A DNA stretch of 64,000 nt from Candidatus Saccharimonadota bacterium. GTDB lineage: Bacteria > Patescibacteriota > Saccharimonadia > Saccharimonadales > UBA4665. Below, one piece after another: positions 43,913 to 53,634 of the stretch (position 1 is the stretch's first letter; each line of letters starts with the position of its first letter). A program made the position numbers and the translations under genes. The notes beneath the pieces are model-generated. The model was not told where the DNA came from, searched no databases, and worked only from the letters and a program-made list of their open reading frames with translations. The DNA lies in assembly GCA_028286405.1 (NCBI GenBank), contig JAQBRP010000008.1, positions 2,958 through 66,957 of the forward strand, given 5' to 3'.

Positions 43913-45163
43913 TTGCAGTGTCACACAAGAGGGGTTACTATATTTAGCAGAGGCGTACCGCTTACGCTAAAGTGTGAATTAAAGGACAAAAAAAGAGTGG
44001 CAAAAAGAAATACCAGTATAAAAATTAACGGCCAGCACTACGATGCGCTGACCGGTGTTTTATTAACTGATATTTCGGCCGCCCCGAAGCAGCCAGTTGT
44101 TAAGTCAATTGACGGTGTTGTGGGCAAGCAGCCCAAGCACACTCCAGCGCCAACCATTATCAAACCGGAGCCCCTCGAAGTGCGAGCACCGAAAGCGGCC
44201 GCTGTCCGCACGCCAGCCGCTCATGCTAAGGCTCACTACACAAAATCTTCAGCCACCCTCATGCGCCACGCTGTAGCTAAACCACAGGCGCAGTCACTGA
44301 AGCGTCACGTCAAAGTGCAAAGTTCAACACTGTCCACCACCCAAGCGCACCACCCCGTCAAAGTAAACACTAAGCTCTCGGTGTATGGCCTTAACCATCA
44401 GCGGGCCGCTCGAGCCGCCCAGGTTAGCCTGAGTCCAAAGATTGCCCGTTTTGCCCAAGAAGTCGTCAGCGCCACGCCAGTCGCCGTCGAGCAGGCCCTA
44501 TCGGCCCTCAACAAAGCAATTGTTATACCACAGACCATTACTGCCAGCCCGGTGTACCGACCCGACGTTATGCCAGCCCGCACCCGCAAAACGGCCAGCT
44601 CTGACATTTTTGAGCAAGCTTTACTGCGTGCCACGTCGCACGAACAACCAGCCCCAATCATAGCCGGCAACAAAAAGAATCGCCGCGCCGCTCGCTCGCT
44701 ACGCCGCCGGATGATTAGCTACAGCGCTGGTGCGGTTGCTGTCCTGGCACTAGCCGGCTTCTTAGGCGTGCAACACGCCGACACCATTCAGTTCAAAGTA
44801 GCGACTAATAAGGCCGGCTTCTCGGCGACCATGCCAGACTACAAGCCAATCGGCTTCGTCGTTGATTCAGTGCGCTCTTATAACGGCTACGTGGGTGTGA
44901 AATACGTGGCCGACACCATTGAAGGCAACCGCAGCTTTGCCATCACCGAAAAGCCCTCCAGCTGGAACAGCAACACGCTGCTGACTAACATCCAAGCTAA
45001 TGGGGAAGATACCGCCTACCAGACCATCGAAAAGGCCGGCCGCACGGTGTACGTCTACGGTAATAATCAGGCCGCCTGGGTAAACAATGGCATTTTGTAC
45101 CAGCTCGCCGGCAACGGCGCATTGGCCGTCCACGAAATCGGCCAAATCGCCGCCTCGATGTAA
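43913..45163 (+). CDS. hypothetical membrane protein (C-terminal DUF4367-like domain?)
   Basis: TTG start in the track. Basic N-terminal half, one TM helix, and a C-terminal beta-rich domain. The start is uncertain. Confidence 0.45.
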   Translation: MQCHTRGVTIFSRGVPLTLKCELKDKKRVAKRNTSIKINGQHYDALTGVLLTDISAAPKQPVVKSIDGVVGKQPKHTPAPTIIKPEPLEVRAPKAAAVRTPAAHAKAHYTKSSATLMRHAVAKPQAQSLKRHVKVQSSTLSTTQAHHPVKVNTKLSVYGLNHQRAARAAQVSLSPKIARFAQEVVSATPVAVEQALSALNKAIVIPQTITASPVYRPDVMPARTRKTASSDIFEQALLRATSHEQPAPIIAGNKKNRRAARSLRRRMISYSAGAVAVLALAGFLGVQHADTIQFKVATNKAGFSATMPDYKPIGFVVDSVRSYNGYVGVKYVADTIEGNRSFAITEKPSSWNSNTLLTNIQANGEDTAYQTIEKAGRTVYVYGNNQAAWVNNGILYQLAGNGALAVHEIGQIAASM

Positions 45164-45204
45164 ACTTTTGCCAGCCATAGCGTCTACCTCTATAATGAAG
45201 CTCA

Positions 45205-46632
45205 ATGACCACCGTTAGAACTCGTTTTGCGCCCAGTCCCACCGGCTATTTGCATGTTGGTGGTATTCGTACCGCGCTGTTTGCGTTTCTGCTAGCCCGC
45301 CAAGCTAATGGCCAGTTTGTGCTGCGCCTGGAAGACACCGACAAAAAGCGTGAAGTCGCCGGCTCCGACCAGCACCTCATGGATAGTCTGAAGGCCCTTG
45401 GCCTGCAGTACGACGAAGGCCCCGACATCGGTGGCCCCTTTGCACCATACCGCCAGAGTGAGCGCCTCGACCACTACCAAGGCTGGGCCAAAAAGCTGAT
45501 CGATAGCGGCCGAGCCTACGCCGACCCGTACACCTCAGCCGAAGTCGAAGCTTTCCGCGAACAAGCCAAAGCCACCAAAAAGCCATTCTTATTCCGCAAC
45601 CACCGCCCAGAAAACCCACCAGCCTGGGACGGCAGCCAACCACTGCGCTTTAAGTCCGACCCCAAAGCCTACGACTGGCAGGACGCGGTTATGGGCAAGC
45701 TGCACACCGGCCCCGAAGTTGTCGACGATTTTATTCTGGTTAAGTCCGACGGCTATCCGACCTACAACTTTGCCCACATCGTCGACGACGCCGAAATGGA
45801 AATCAGTCACATTATTCGTGGCCAGGAGTTTTTAGCCTCGATCCCCAACTACCTAAACCTGTACGAAGCCCTCGAGCTAACACCGCCCATTATGGCCACC
45901 ATGCCCCACGTGCTGGGGCCTAGCGGCAATAAAAAGCTGTCCAAGCGCGATGGCGCCAAAGATGTGCTCGATTACCTACGCGAAGGCTACCTGCCCGAGG
46001 CGCTGGTGAACTTCATTGCCACCCTGGGCTGGAATGACGCCACCGAGCAAGAAATTTTCACCATACCCGAGTTAATTGAAAAGTTCAGCCTGGAACATGT
46101 TGGGCGGGGCGGGGCACGCTTCGACGAACAGCGCCTGCTGTGGATGAATGGCAGCTTTATTCGTAATCTGTCCCTCGACGAGCTGTTTGAGCGCTGCGCC
46201 CAGTTCTGGCCGCCAGAAGCCGCTGACGCCAGCGATGATTATAAAAAGCAAGTCCTCGGCCTCGTGCAGGAACGCCTCAAATACTTCGGCGAGCTGCCAG
46301 AGCTCAGCCGCTTCTTCTTTATTGATCTACCGATCAATGCCGACCTTATCAGCAGCCACAAACAGCTCAAAAAATACGAACCGCAGCAGCTCAAACTTCT
46401 GCTTGAAAAAGTAGCCAACAGCTTAGAAAGCAGTGATTTTACCGCCAGTGACCTACAAGAGCGCTTGAACGTGCTCTTAGAAGAGACCGGCGAAAAGCCG
46501 GCCGTGCTGTTCAGTTTGGTGCGCATTGCCACCACCCAGGCACCAGCCAGCCCCAGCCTAGCCGAGACCCTGAGCGTACTCGGCAAAGTAGTTAGTCTGC
46601 GACGACTACAGGCTCAGCTAGCTGCGCTGTAA
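45205..46632 (+). CDS. gltX: glutamate--tRNA ligase
   Basis: RFAPSPTGYLHVGG (HIGH) and KLSKR (KMSKS) class I motifs. 475 aa. Confidence 0.92.
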   Translation: MTTVRTRFAPSPTGYLHVGGIRTALFAFLLARQANGQFVLRLEDTDKKREVAGSDQHLMDSLKALGLQYDEGPDIGGPFAPYRQSERLDHYQGWAKKLIDSGRAYADPYTSAEVEAFREQAKATKKPFLFRNHRPENPPAWDGSQPLRFKSDPKAYDWQDAVMGKLHTGPEVVDDFILVKSDGYPTYNFAHIVDDAEMEISHIIRGQEFLASIPNYLNLYEALELTPPIMATMPHVLGPSGNKKLSKRDGAKDVLDYLREGYLPEALVNFIATLGWNDATEQEIFTIPELIEKFSLEHVGRGGARFDEQRLLWMNGSFIRNLSLDELFERCAQFWPPEAADASDDYKKQVLGLVQERLKYFGELPELSRFFFIDLPINADLISSHKQLKKYEPQQLKLLLEKVANSLESSDFTASDLQERLNVLLEETGEKPAVLFSLVRIATTQAPASPSLAETLSVLGKVVSLRRLQAQLAAL

Positions 46633-46672
46633 AAGCTACTGGCTGCAAGCGTAAGCATGATATAATTGGGGT

Positions 46673-47932
46673 ATGCAAAACGACTTTGTGCCCCAAGGGC
46701 CAACGAAGCCGGCACCTACCAAGCTCAAACCAACATCTGCCAAAAAAACCAATCAAGAGCAAGCTGTGCCGTTCCAAACGCCTGATCAGGTGAGTGAACA
46801 CGATCAAGGCCTTGCAACCGTGCCCATTGACCCGTCTGCAACGCCACCGGTACGCGGCAGCGGTCACCACTGGTTTAACTTGCCGTGGCCGCCGAATCGA
46901 GTCGAGATTATCGCCATTGGCGTGGTGCTCATTATTGCCATCTTTGGCGTAGCCGGCTTTGCTATTTTGCACAAGCCCAAAGCAGTCGAGACCGTAGCCA
47001 CTATTACCCCCGTAAAACAAGCCGCTCCAAAGCCGACGACGGTCGCTTCCACGCTGTCGGGTTTGCCAGTGCAGCCCGAGATTAACCAGCGCCCGGTAGT
47101 AGGCGTGATGATCGAAAACAGCCAAGAAGCCCGTCCGCAATCGGGGCTCAGCGAAGCGGGCGTGGTGTTTGAAGCCATTGCCGAGGGCGGCATTACCCGC
47201 TTTTTGGCCTTATTCCAAGACCAGCAGCCAACCAACATCGGCCCAGTCCGCAGCGCTCGACCGTACTACGTGCAGTGGAGCGAGGGCTTCCGCGCCGCCT
47301 ACGTCCACGTTGGCGGCAGCCCAGCAGCGCTACAGAACATTAAAGACTGGAACGTCCAAGATATTAACCAGTTCTACAATGCCGGGCCATTCCACCGTGT
47401 GTCATCCCGGCCATCGCCACATAATATGTACTCCAACGTAGTCGATCTGGCCAATGTAGCCACCCAAAAGGGGTACAAGAGTGAGTTCACTGGCTTCGCC
47501 CGAAAAGCAGCCAAGGCCGTCACCCCACCGACTGCCAGCTTAATCGACCTTAATATTTCGAGCAGCCTGTACAACGTGCACTACGCCTATGACGCCGCCA
47601 GCAACAGCTACATTCGATCCGAGGGCGGGGCCGAACAGATTGACAACAATACCGGCAAGCATCTAACGCCCAACGTAGTTATCGCCATGGTGGTACCCGT
47701 AGCCGCCGGTGCCAAAACCGCCCAGGGTGGTAGTTATAGTGACTACAACCCACTTGGTAGCGGGGTGGCCTACGTCTTCCAGGATGGCGTGGCAACGGCT
47801 GGTAGTTGGCATAAAGCCACCAACACCGCGCAGATCACCTTTACTGACGCCAGCGGGGCAGCGCTTAAGCTAAACCCCGGTCAAACCTGGATTAGCGCCG
47901 TCACCGCGCCCTCAAAAGTAACTTATAAGTAG
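46673..47932 (+). CDS. DUF3048 domain-containing protein
   Basis: TM anchor, then the PVVGVMIEN...ARPQSGL..A.VVFE..AEGGITRF.A.F signature of DUF3048 (YerB-like). Confidence 0.8.
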   Translation: MQNDFVPQGPTKPAPTKLKPTSAKKTNQEQAVPFQTPDQVSEHDQGLATVPIDPSATPPVRGSGHHWFNLPWPPNRVEIIAIGVVLIIAIFGVAGFAILHKPKAVETVATITPVKQAAPKPTTVASTLSGLPVQPEINQRPVVGVMIENSQEARPQSGLSEAGVVFEAIAEGGITRFLALFQDQQPTNIGPVRSARPYYVQWSEGFRAAYVHVGGSPAALQNIKDWNVQDINQFYNAGPFHRVSSRPSPHNMYSNVVDLANVATQKGYKSEFTGFARKAAKAVTPPTASLIDLNISSSLYNVHYAYDAASNSYIRSEGGAEQIDNNTGKHLTPNVVIAMVVPVAAGAKTAQGGSYSDYNPLGSGVAYVFQDGVATAGSWHKATNTAQITFTDASGAALKLNPGQTWISAVTAPSKVTYK

Positions 47933-49464
47933 TGGAACACCTCGCTCATCTATCCCGCCAAATCAAAGCCAGCCTGATTATTGGGTTGCTGGTTAGTAAT
48001 GGTCTCTTAATTGGAGCCTACTGGCTGAGCGCCACGATGTTTGGGCTTGATGCCTGGGTAATTCTAGCGCTACTAATTCTGCTGACCATCGTGCTGTCGC
48101 TGGTTGTCGCCGCCATACTTGGGCGGCTATTCATGCAGCCCGCTAAAGCCCTGTGGCAGGTTATTCTACACGTTAGCCCCAGCGAGCACGGTGTAGCCGC
48201 TCCAAATATTGAATCGCTGAAGATTGGCCGCGAACTGGTGGCTAACTTAGCTTCCCAGGTGTACGGGCTGGCCAATGTCGTGGCCGAGAGCAATAAAAAG
48301 AGCGAGCCCACCGAGCAGGACTATGGCTTTGCCGCCACCAACCTGCCGTTACCGTTATTTGTGCTGGACGCTGCTGAAACAATTCAGTTTGCCAATACCG
48401 CCGCCGCGGTTTACGTTGGGCAACCGATCGCCGAACTACAGGGCAAGAACATTTACATGGTGCTCGATATGGCTTTCCCGAGCGAGAGCACGCTCGATAC
48501 CTGGCTTAAAAACGTCAAAACCAACAACGCTACCGCGAGCGAAAGCTGGGAGCGCGTGCGCCTGAATGTCATCGACAATCATCCAACCCGCTTATTCGAT
48601 CTGGCGGCCTACTACAATAAAGACAACCCCAACCACCAGGAAACCATGCTAGTACTGTTTGATCACACTAAGCAGTATTCGCAGGATGACCAGGCCATTA
48701 GCTTCATTGCGCTCAGCGTCCACGAGCTACGCACGCCACTAACGCTGCTGCGTGGCTACATTGAGGCTTTCGAAGAAGAGCTTACCGGTCAGCTCAGCCC
48801 CCAAATGAATGACTTTATGCAAAAAATGAGCGCTACCGCCCAGCAGCTGACAGCCTTTGTAAATAACATCTTGAATGTTGCTCGGGTGGATGATGACCAG
48901 TTGGAGCTACGTCTACAAGAGGAGGACTGGTCCCAAATTATTGATAGCGCCGTGGCCAACCTGTCGCTACGCGCCAAAGTCCGTGGCATTAGCCTGCAAT
49001 CCCAGGTAGCACCTGATTTGCCAAAAGTTGGCGTCGACCGCCTGAGCATTCACGAGGTTATCAACAACCTGGTCGACAACGCCATTAAGTACAGCGGCAG
49101 CAGCACCTCGATTCTGATTGATGCCCATCTTTCTAAAGAGGGCCTGGTTGAAACCACCGTGCAAGACAAGGGCGTCGGCATTGGTGCCGACATTATGCCT
49201 AACTTATTCACCAAGTTTTACCGCGACCACCGCAACCGGGCGCAAATTGGGGGCACCGGATTGGGCCTGTACTTATCGAAGGCAATTGTTACCGCTCACG
49301 GGGGTAACATCTGGGTCCGCAGCAAGCCTAACGAGGGCAGCACCTTCGGTTTCACGGTGAAACCGTACAGTCAGCTTGCCGAAGAGCTTAAAAACGGCGA
49401 TAATAAAGATATTGTCCGTGGTGCTCACGGCTGGATCAAAAACCACTCACTCTACAGGAGATAG
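47932..49464 (+). CDS. sensor histidine kinase (TM, PAS-like, HisKA, HATPase_c)
   Basis: H-box SVHELRTPL, N-box NLVDNAIKY, G-boxes DKGVGI and GTGLGL. GTG start overlapping the upstream stop by 1 nt. Confidence 0.88.
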   Translation: MEHLAHLSRQIKASLIIGLLVSNGLLIGAYWLSATMFGLDAWVILALLILLTIVLSLVVAAILGRLFMQPAKALWQVILHVSPSEHGVAAPNIESLKIGRELVANLASQVYGLANVVAESNKKSEPTEQDYGFAATNLPLPLFVLDAAETIQFANTAAAVYVGQPIAELQGKNIYMVLDMAFPSESTLDTWLKNVKTNNATASESWERVRLNVIDNHPTRLFDLAAYYNKDNPNHQETMLVLFDHTKQYSQDDQAISFIALSVHELRTPLTLLRGYIEAFEEELTGQLSPQMNDFMQKMSATAQQLTAFVNNILNVARVDDDQLELRLQEEDWSQIIDSAVANLSLRAKVRGISLQSQVAPDLPKVGVDRLSIHEVINNLVDNAIKYSGSSTSILIDAHLSKEGLVETTVQDKGVGIGADIMPNLFTKFYRDHRNRAQIGGTGLGLYLSKAIVTAHGGNIWVRSKPNEGSTFGFTVKPYSQLAEELKNGDNKDIVRGAHGWIKNHSLYRR

Positions 49465-49467
49465 CTA

Positions 49468-49884
49468 ATGGATAATCAACCAGGTCAAACTATTCAACCC
49501 GACAACCCTCAGGCGGTTAAAAAAGTACTGTGTATTGAAGACGAACACTTTATTGGCGAGCTGTACGATCGCGCCCTCAGTAACGCTGGCTACAAGATGA
49601 CCCTGGCTGTCGACGGGGCAGAGGGCCTAAAGCTAGCCCAAACCGACGAGTTCGACATTATTCTGCTCGATTTAATGGTGCCGACCATAACTGGCATCGA
49701 AATACTGCGCGCCCTGCGTGACCCAGCCCAAACACCGCACCTCAAAGCCAAGATTATTATCACGACCAATCTTGAACAGCGCGAAGACGTCCGAGCCGAC
49801 ATCGAAAAGCAGGCCGACGGTTACGTAGTCAAAGCCGAGCTGACACCACATGAGCTCGTCGGCGTTCTACTAAAACTCGCCTAG
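49468..49884 (+). CDS. stand-alone response regulator receiver protein
   Basis: CIEDE...DIILLDLMVP...K receiver motifs. 138 aa with no output domain. Confidence 0.85.
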   Translation: MDNQPGQTIQPDNPQAVKKVLCIEDEHFIGELYDRALSNAGYKMTLAVDGAEGLKLAQTDEFDIILLDLMVPTITGIEILRALRDPAQTPHLKAKIIITTNLEQREDVRADIEKQADGYVVKAELTPHELVGVLLKLA

Positions 49885-50190
49885 AGGTCACTTCGTGGTA
49901 AAAAATACGGCTTGGCAGGCCGCAAGCATAAGCCTATACTTTTAGGTAGCCATGTACGGGACGGCTGTTTCAAGCTCTCCTCCGTGCAGACTTATTTACA
50001 GAGTTGCATACACACTAGCCTCGGCAAAGCGTCACTGCGTTCACTCTTTCAAAGCTCCAGTTATCGACAATAGAAATCGGACCTGCAAACGGTCACTCCG
50101 AATTCGTCGACAGCTTCCATCGTCCTAATCCGTTTCGACTCAGTAAAACGAGTTGCCTCTTTTATTTACCCTAAGTGGAGCTTTAAACTT

Positions 50191-50457
50191 ATGACTACCT
50201 CTGTAAACCAAACTATTGAAATAACCTCACTGGGCTTTAGCCGCCGACCGCAAAACCCCGTACTAGAAGCCTTCCCCAAGCGCATGGTCTGGGAAGACCG
50301 CGAATACACCTTCGTCGAAATCGGCATGCACTTTTTGATCAAAAAAGGGCAGGAACTGATTCGCTTATTTGACGTTAGCGACGGCCAGAACGATTATCGC
50401 CTAAAGTGTGACAGCAGCAACCACTGGACGCTGGTTAGTATGCGAGCTGCGGCGTAG
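50191..50457 (+). CDS. hypothetical protein (first gene of the UmuD-like/polymerase operon)
   Basis: 88-aa ORF with a GGAG Shine-Dalgarno. No family recognised. Confidence 0.5.
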   Translation: MTTSVNQTIEITSLGFSRRPQNPVLEAFPKRMVWEDREYTFVEIGMHFLIKKGQELIRLFDVSDGQNDYRLKCDSSNHWTLVSMRAAA

Positions 50458-50479
50458 TGGGCAGGGAAGCAGAACAACT

Positions 50480-50857
50480 ATGCACGATCATTTGGAACCT
50501 ATGGCCAACGGCCAAGAACCTACCGGCGTCTCGATTCACAGCGGTTTTCCCAACCCGGCAGCCGACAGCCAGGGGCGTCCGGGTGGGCTAGCACTCGATT
50601 TAAACCAGTTACTGGTGCAGCATCCCAGCAGTACCTACCTGTTCCGCATTAGCGGCCATCACTGGGCCGAGCAGGGCATTTTTGACGGCGACATTGCCAT
50701 GATTGACCGAGCTCTGTCAGCCAGCCCACACGACATCGTGCTCATTTGGCTGGACGACAACTTCGAACTGCACCGCCGTAACCGTCTTACCGAAAATCAA
50801 CATATTTGGGGCGTGGTTAGCGCCATCATCCACCCCCGTAACAAAGGAAGTATCTAA
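50480..50857 (+). CDS. UmuD-like S24 peptidase-fold protein (catalytic dyad apparently substituted)
   Basis: Gapless by-eye alignment to E. coli UmuD across GFPNPAAD...LDLNQLLVQHPSSTY...GDIAMIDR...DIV. SGDSM reads SGHHW and TVKK reads ELHR. Start placed at the ATG at 50480. Confidence 0.75.
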   Translation: MHDHLEPMANGQEPTGVSIHSGFPNPAADSQGRPGGLALDLNQLLVQHPSSTYLFRISGHHWAEQGIFDGDIAMIDRALSASPHDIVLIWLDDNFELHRRNRLTENQHIWGVVSAIIHPRNKGSI

Positions 50858-52137
50858 TGTTTGCACTTATCGACTGTAATAATTTTTTTGTCAGCTGTGA
50901 GCGGCTTTTTCAGCCCGACCTTAACGGCCGCCCAGTGGTCGTCTTATCAAGCAACGACGGCTGCGCCGTGGCCCGCAGTAACGAGGCCAAGGCCCTCGGC
51001 ATTCCCATGGGGGCACCGGCTTTCAAGTACCGTGACATGTTCAAGCAGCACCAGGTCAAGCAGTTCTCGGCCAACTTTGAGCTGTACGGCGACATTTCTG
51101 ACCGCCTGACTCGCTTACTAACGACGGTTACATCCCAGATCGAGCTCTATTCCGTCGACGAATCATTCCTCGATTTAACAGAGATGAACATCACGGACTA
51201 CCGCGCCTGGGGCGATCAATTACGCCAGCGCATTTGGCGCGAAATCGGTGTACCAGTGTCGATTGGCATAGCGCCAACTAAAACATTAGCCAAACTAGCC
51301 TCCGAACGAGCCAAAAAGGACAGGGGACTAGACGGCGTTTTAAGCCTGGCCAAGCTGCCCGACTGGCTGATCGACCCCCAGCTGGCCGCCGTACCCATCG
51401 AAAGCATCTGGGGCGTGGGCTGGCGGCTGGGGCCCAAGTTGCGGGCTATTGGCGTGCACACGGCGCTCGACCTAAAGCAGCTGCCGCGCAGCCGGGCCAC
51501 CCAAATGATGGGCGTGCACGGCCGGCAAATGGTCTGTGAACTCAACGGTATGAGCTGCCTGCCGCTGGAGCGGGAGCATAAAGTCCGCCAAAGCGTTATG
51601 CACGGCCGGATGTTTGGTGAAGATACCACCGATTTCAGCGTCATAGAGGCCGCTATCGCCAGCCTAACCGCTCGAGCCACCCATCGACTCCGCCAAGATG
51701 GTTTACTGGCTCAGCGAGCCTGTCTGTCGCTCAGCGGCAACCGCCACAAGCCCGGCTACAAGCGCCACGAGCTGTGGTTTACGTTTAGCACGCCGACCGC
51801 CGACACCGGCCTAATTACTGCCCAAATAATCGCCGAGCTCGACAAAACCTACAATCGGGCAGAGCAGTGCCACCGGGCCAATGTACTGCTGTTCGATTTA
51901 GTTCCGCAAGACTCGGTACAAGCCGACCTACTCGGCTATGTCGATCTGCAGCAAAATACACGCAGCCAAAGCCGCCTGGCGGCCGTCGACCAGATTGCCG
52001 CGCGCTTCGGCAAAGCCCGCATTGGCTATGCCGCCGAAAAGCTCAGTCAAGCCTGGCAGCCCAAGCGGCAACTGCGCAGTCCACGCTATACTACTAACTG
52101 GGATGAGCTACCCCAAGCCCGTTTAAGCCCGGGCTAA
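50857..52137 (+). CDS. Y-family DNA polymerase (UmuC/DinB-like)
   Basis: MFALIDCNNFFVSCE, VVVLSNNDGC-like, SVDE.FLD and KLASE motifs. The ATG overlaps the UmuD-like stop. Confidence 0.9.
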   Translation: MFALIDCNNFFVSCERLFQPDLNGRPVVVLSSNDGCAVARSNEAKALGIPMGAPAFKYRDMFKQHQVKQFSANFELYGDISDRLTRLLTTVTSQIELYSVDESFLDLTEMNITDYRAWGDQLRQRIWREIGVPVSIGIAPTKTLAKLASERAKKDRGLDGVLSLAKLPDWLIDPQLAAVPIESIWGVGWRLGPKLRAIGVHTALDLKQLPRSRATQMMGVHGRQMVCELNGMSCLPLEREHKVRQSVMHGRMFGEDTTDFSVIEAAIASLTARATHRLRQDGLLAQRACLSLSGNRHKPGYKRHELWFTFSTPTADTGLITAQIIAELDKTYNRAEQCHRANVLLFDLVPQDSVQADLLGYVDLQQNTRSQSRLAAVDQIAARFGKARIGYAAEKLSQAWQPKRQLRSPRYTTNWDELPQARLSPG

Positions 52138-53553
52138 GCGACTGCTAGTCCCGTTATCATAAGGATCGGGCATAAGCACGGTGTGCCCGGTAGGGGACTT
52201 GAGTCGGTCCCATCCACCGCCCACCGTCTCATGCTGTCGGGCCAGTAAATAAGCTCTGTGGTGAGCTCGAGTAAAGCGCGGAGATTTGCGCATAAAAGCG
52301 TCAATACGACTATCACTTTTGGCAAAAAAGTCCGGCTGTTTCTTGCGCCAGTACCGTTCCGCGACAGCAGTGGGGTGAATTTTATCCCATACTATGTCGG
52401 CAACCGCAACGGGCGCATTATTATAATCAATATCACTACTGTCGGTTCGTTCAGCATAACGTTGCAAGAAGTGCAGGCGAGCAGCCCATTCGACTCGATC
52501 ACGAAGGCACTCAACCATGTCTTCGGAACGTCCTCGGGTAGACTCAAGGTCATCACATACTCGAAGCCATTCATGTGCCGCCATTACCTCATCATGTGGA
52601 AGAGTAATGGTAGTAGTAAGTTCTGTGGCCATCGTAGCCAGCTGTCGCTGCAAACTAATTGCCGTTATCTGTTTGCCAGACCGCGTTTCGTAATCATTCT
52701 TCATATCTGTATCTCGGGCAAATCTCCGCGCCCCGGTCTTAGAATTCTTGATCATCAGATCCCGCCAATCTTGCTCAGGAAAAAGATGCTGATGTTCAAG
52801 CAGGCGCAAAACGAGCGAACCAGTCGCCAGCCCCATAAATCTAGCCCATGGCGAGTGGGCCGCATCGCAATAGCGAAACTCTAGTCTTTCCCAGTCTTTC
52901 GAATGCGGCTCCATGCCGCCCAAGCCAGCACTAGACCAAGAGAATACCGGCTTTGTTTTGGCACGGACCCTATCACCATACGTACCCAAGCGAAATATGT
53001 CGGCTTCGCTTCCTACCAAAATATCGTGAGCCTTTTGGCTCAAGGTAAATTTCGCGCCGAGCGTACCCGCACCCGCCCAGATAACACGCGAAATGGCGTA
53101 CGCCCCAAGGACACTAGCATCGTGTCGTTGATCATCCTCGAGATCGTATTTCGGCGTTAATAAATTCTGATGATAACCGACAGACTTAAGCCCGAACTTG
53201 CCACGACCACCGGTTCGTCTGTATATAGGTATCTCATCGCCAGAAACACTTTTAGCGGCAGCTCTTATAATTCGCTCGCCAGCCATCTCGGTGCAAACTG
53301 CCTCGTGAGGACCGAGGCTTTCGGGTGTAGCGTATTCTGCTAAGCTCACGTCCTGATATAAACGGGCAGCATTCTTAAGAAATTGTCCTTCGTGAAACCC
53401 ATAGCGCCGTGTAGCACGCTCTATGAGCTGTCGAAGTTCTGGAGGATTTGTGCCCTCGACCGGCAGCAAATACTCCATCTCGGTACCCATAATACGGTCA
53501 GGGGGAGCGTCACTTCTAAAGTCTTCTGCAGTATAAACTGGCATGTGAGGCAA
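52123..53553 (-). CDS. Pup ligase/deamidase family protein (PafA/Dop homologue)
   Basis: By-eye alignment to M. tuberculosis PafA: RIMGTEMEY vs RIMGIETEF, FLKNAARLYQDV..AEYATPE vs [22 protein letters not shown], GYHQN vs GCHEN, WAGAG vs CGAGK, LSQKA vs LSQRA. Confidence 0.78.
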   Translation of the reverse strand: MPHMPVYTAEDFRSDAPPDRIMGTEMEYLLPVEGTNPPELRQLIERATRRYGFHEGQFLKNAARLYQDVSLAEYATPESLGPHEAVCTEMAGERIIRAAAKSVSGDEIPIYRRTGGRGKFGLKSVGYHQNLLTPKYDLEDDQRHDASVLGAYAISRVIWAGAGTLGAKFTLSQKAHDILVGSEADIFRLGTYGDRVRAKTKPVFSWSSAGLGGMEPHSKDWERLEFRYCDAAHSPWARFMGLATGSLVLRLLEHQHLFPEQDWRDLMIKNSKTGARRFARDTDMKNDYETRSGKQITAISLQRQLATMATELTTTITLPHDEVMAAHEWLRVCDDLESTRGRSEDMVECLRDRVEWAARLHFLQRYAERTDSSDIDYNNAPVAVADIVWDKIHPTAVAERYWRKKQPDFFAKSDSRIDAFMRKSPRFTRAHHRAYLLARQHETVGGGWDRLKSPTGHTVLMPDPYDNGTSSRLARA

Positions 53554-53634
53554 CCTCAGTTATTTATACTGTTGTACCCCGGCAGCGACCAACTGTCAAC
53601 TGGCCTGTGGTACTATCGTAGCTAAAGCTCACCT

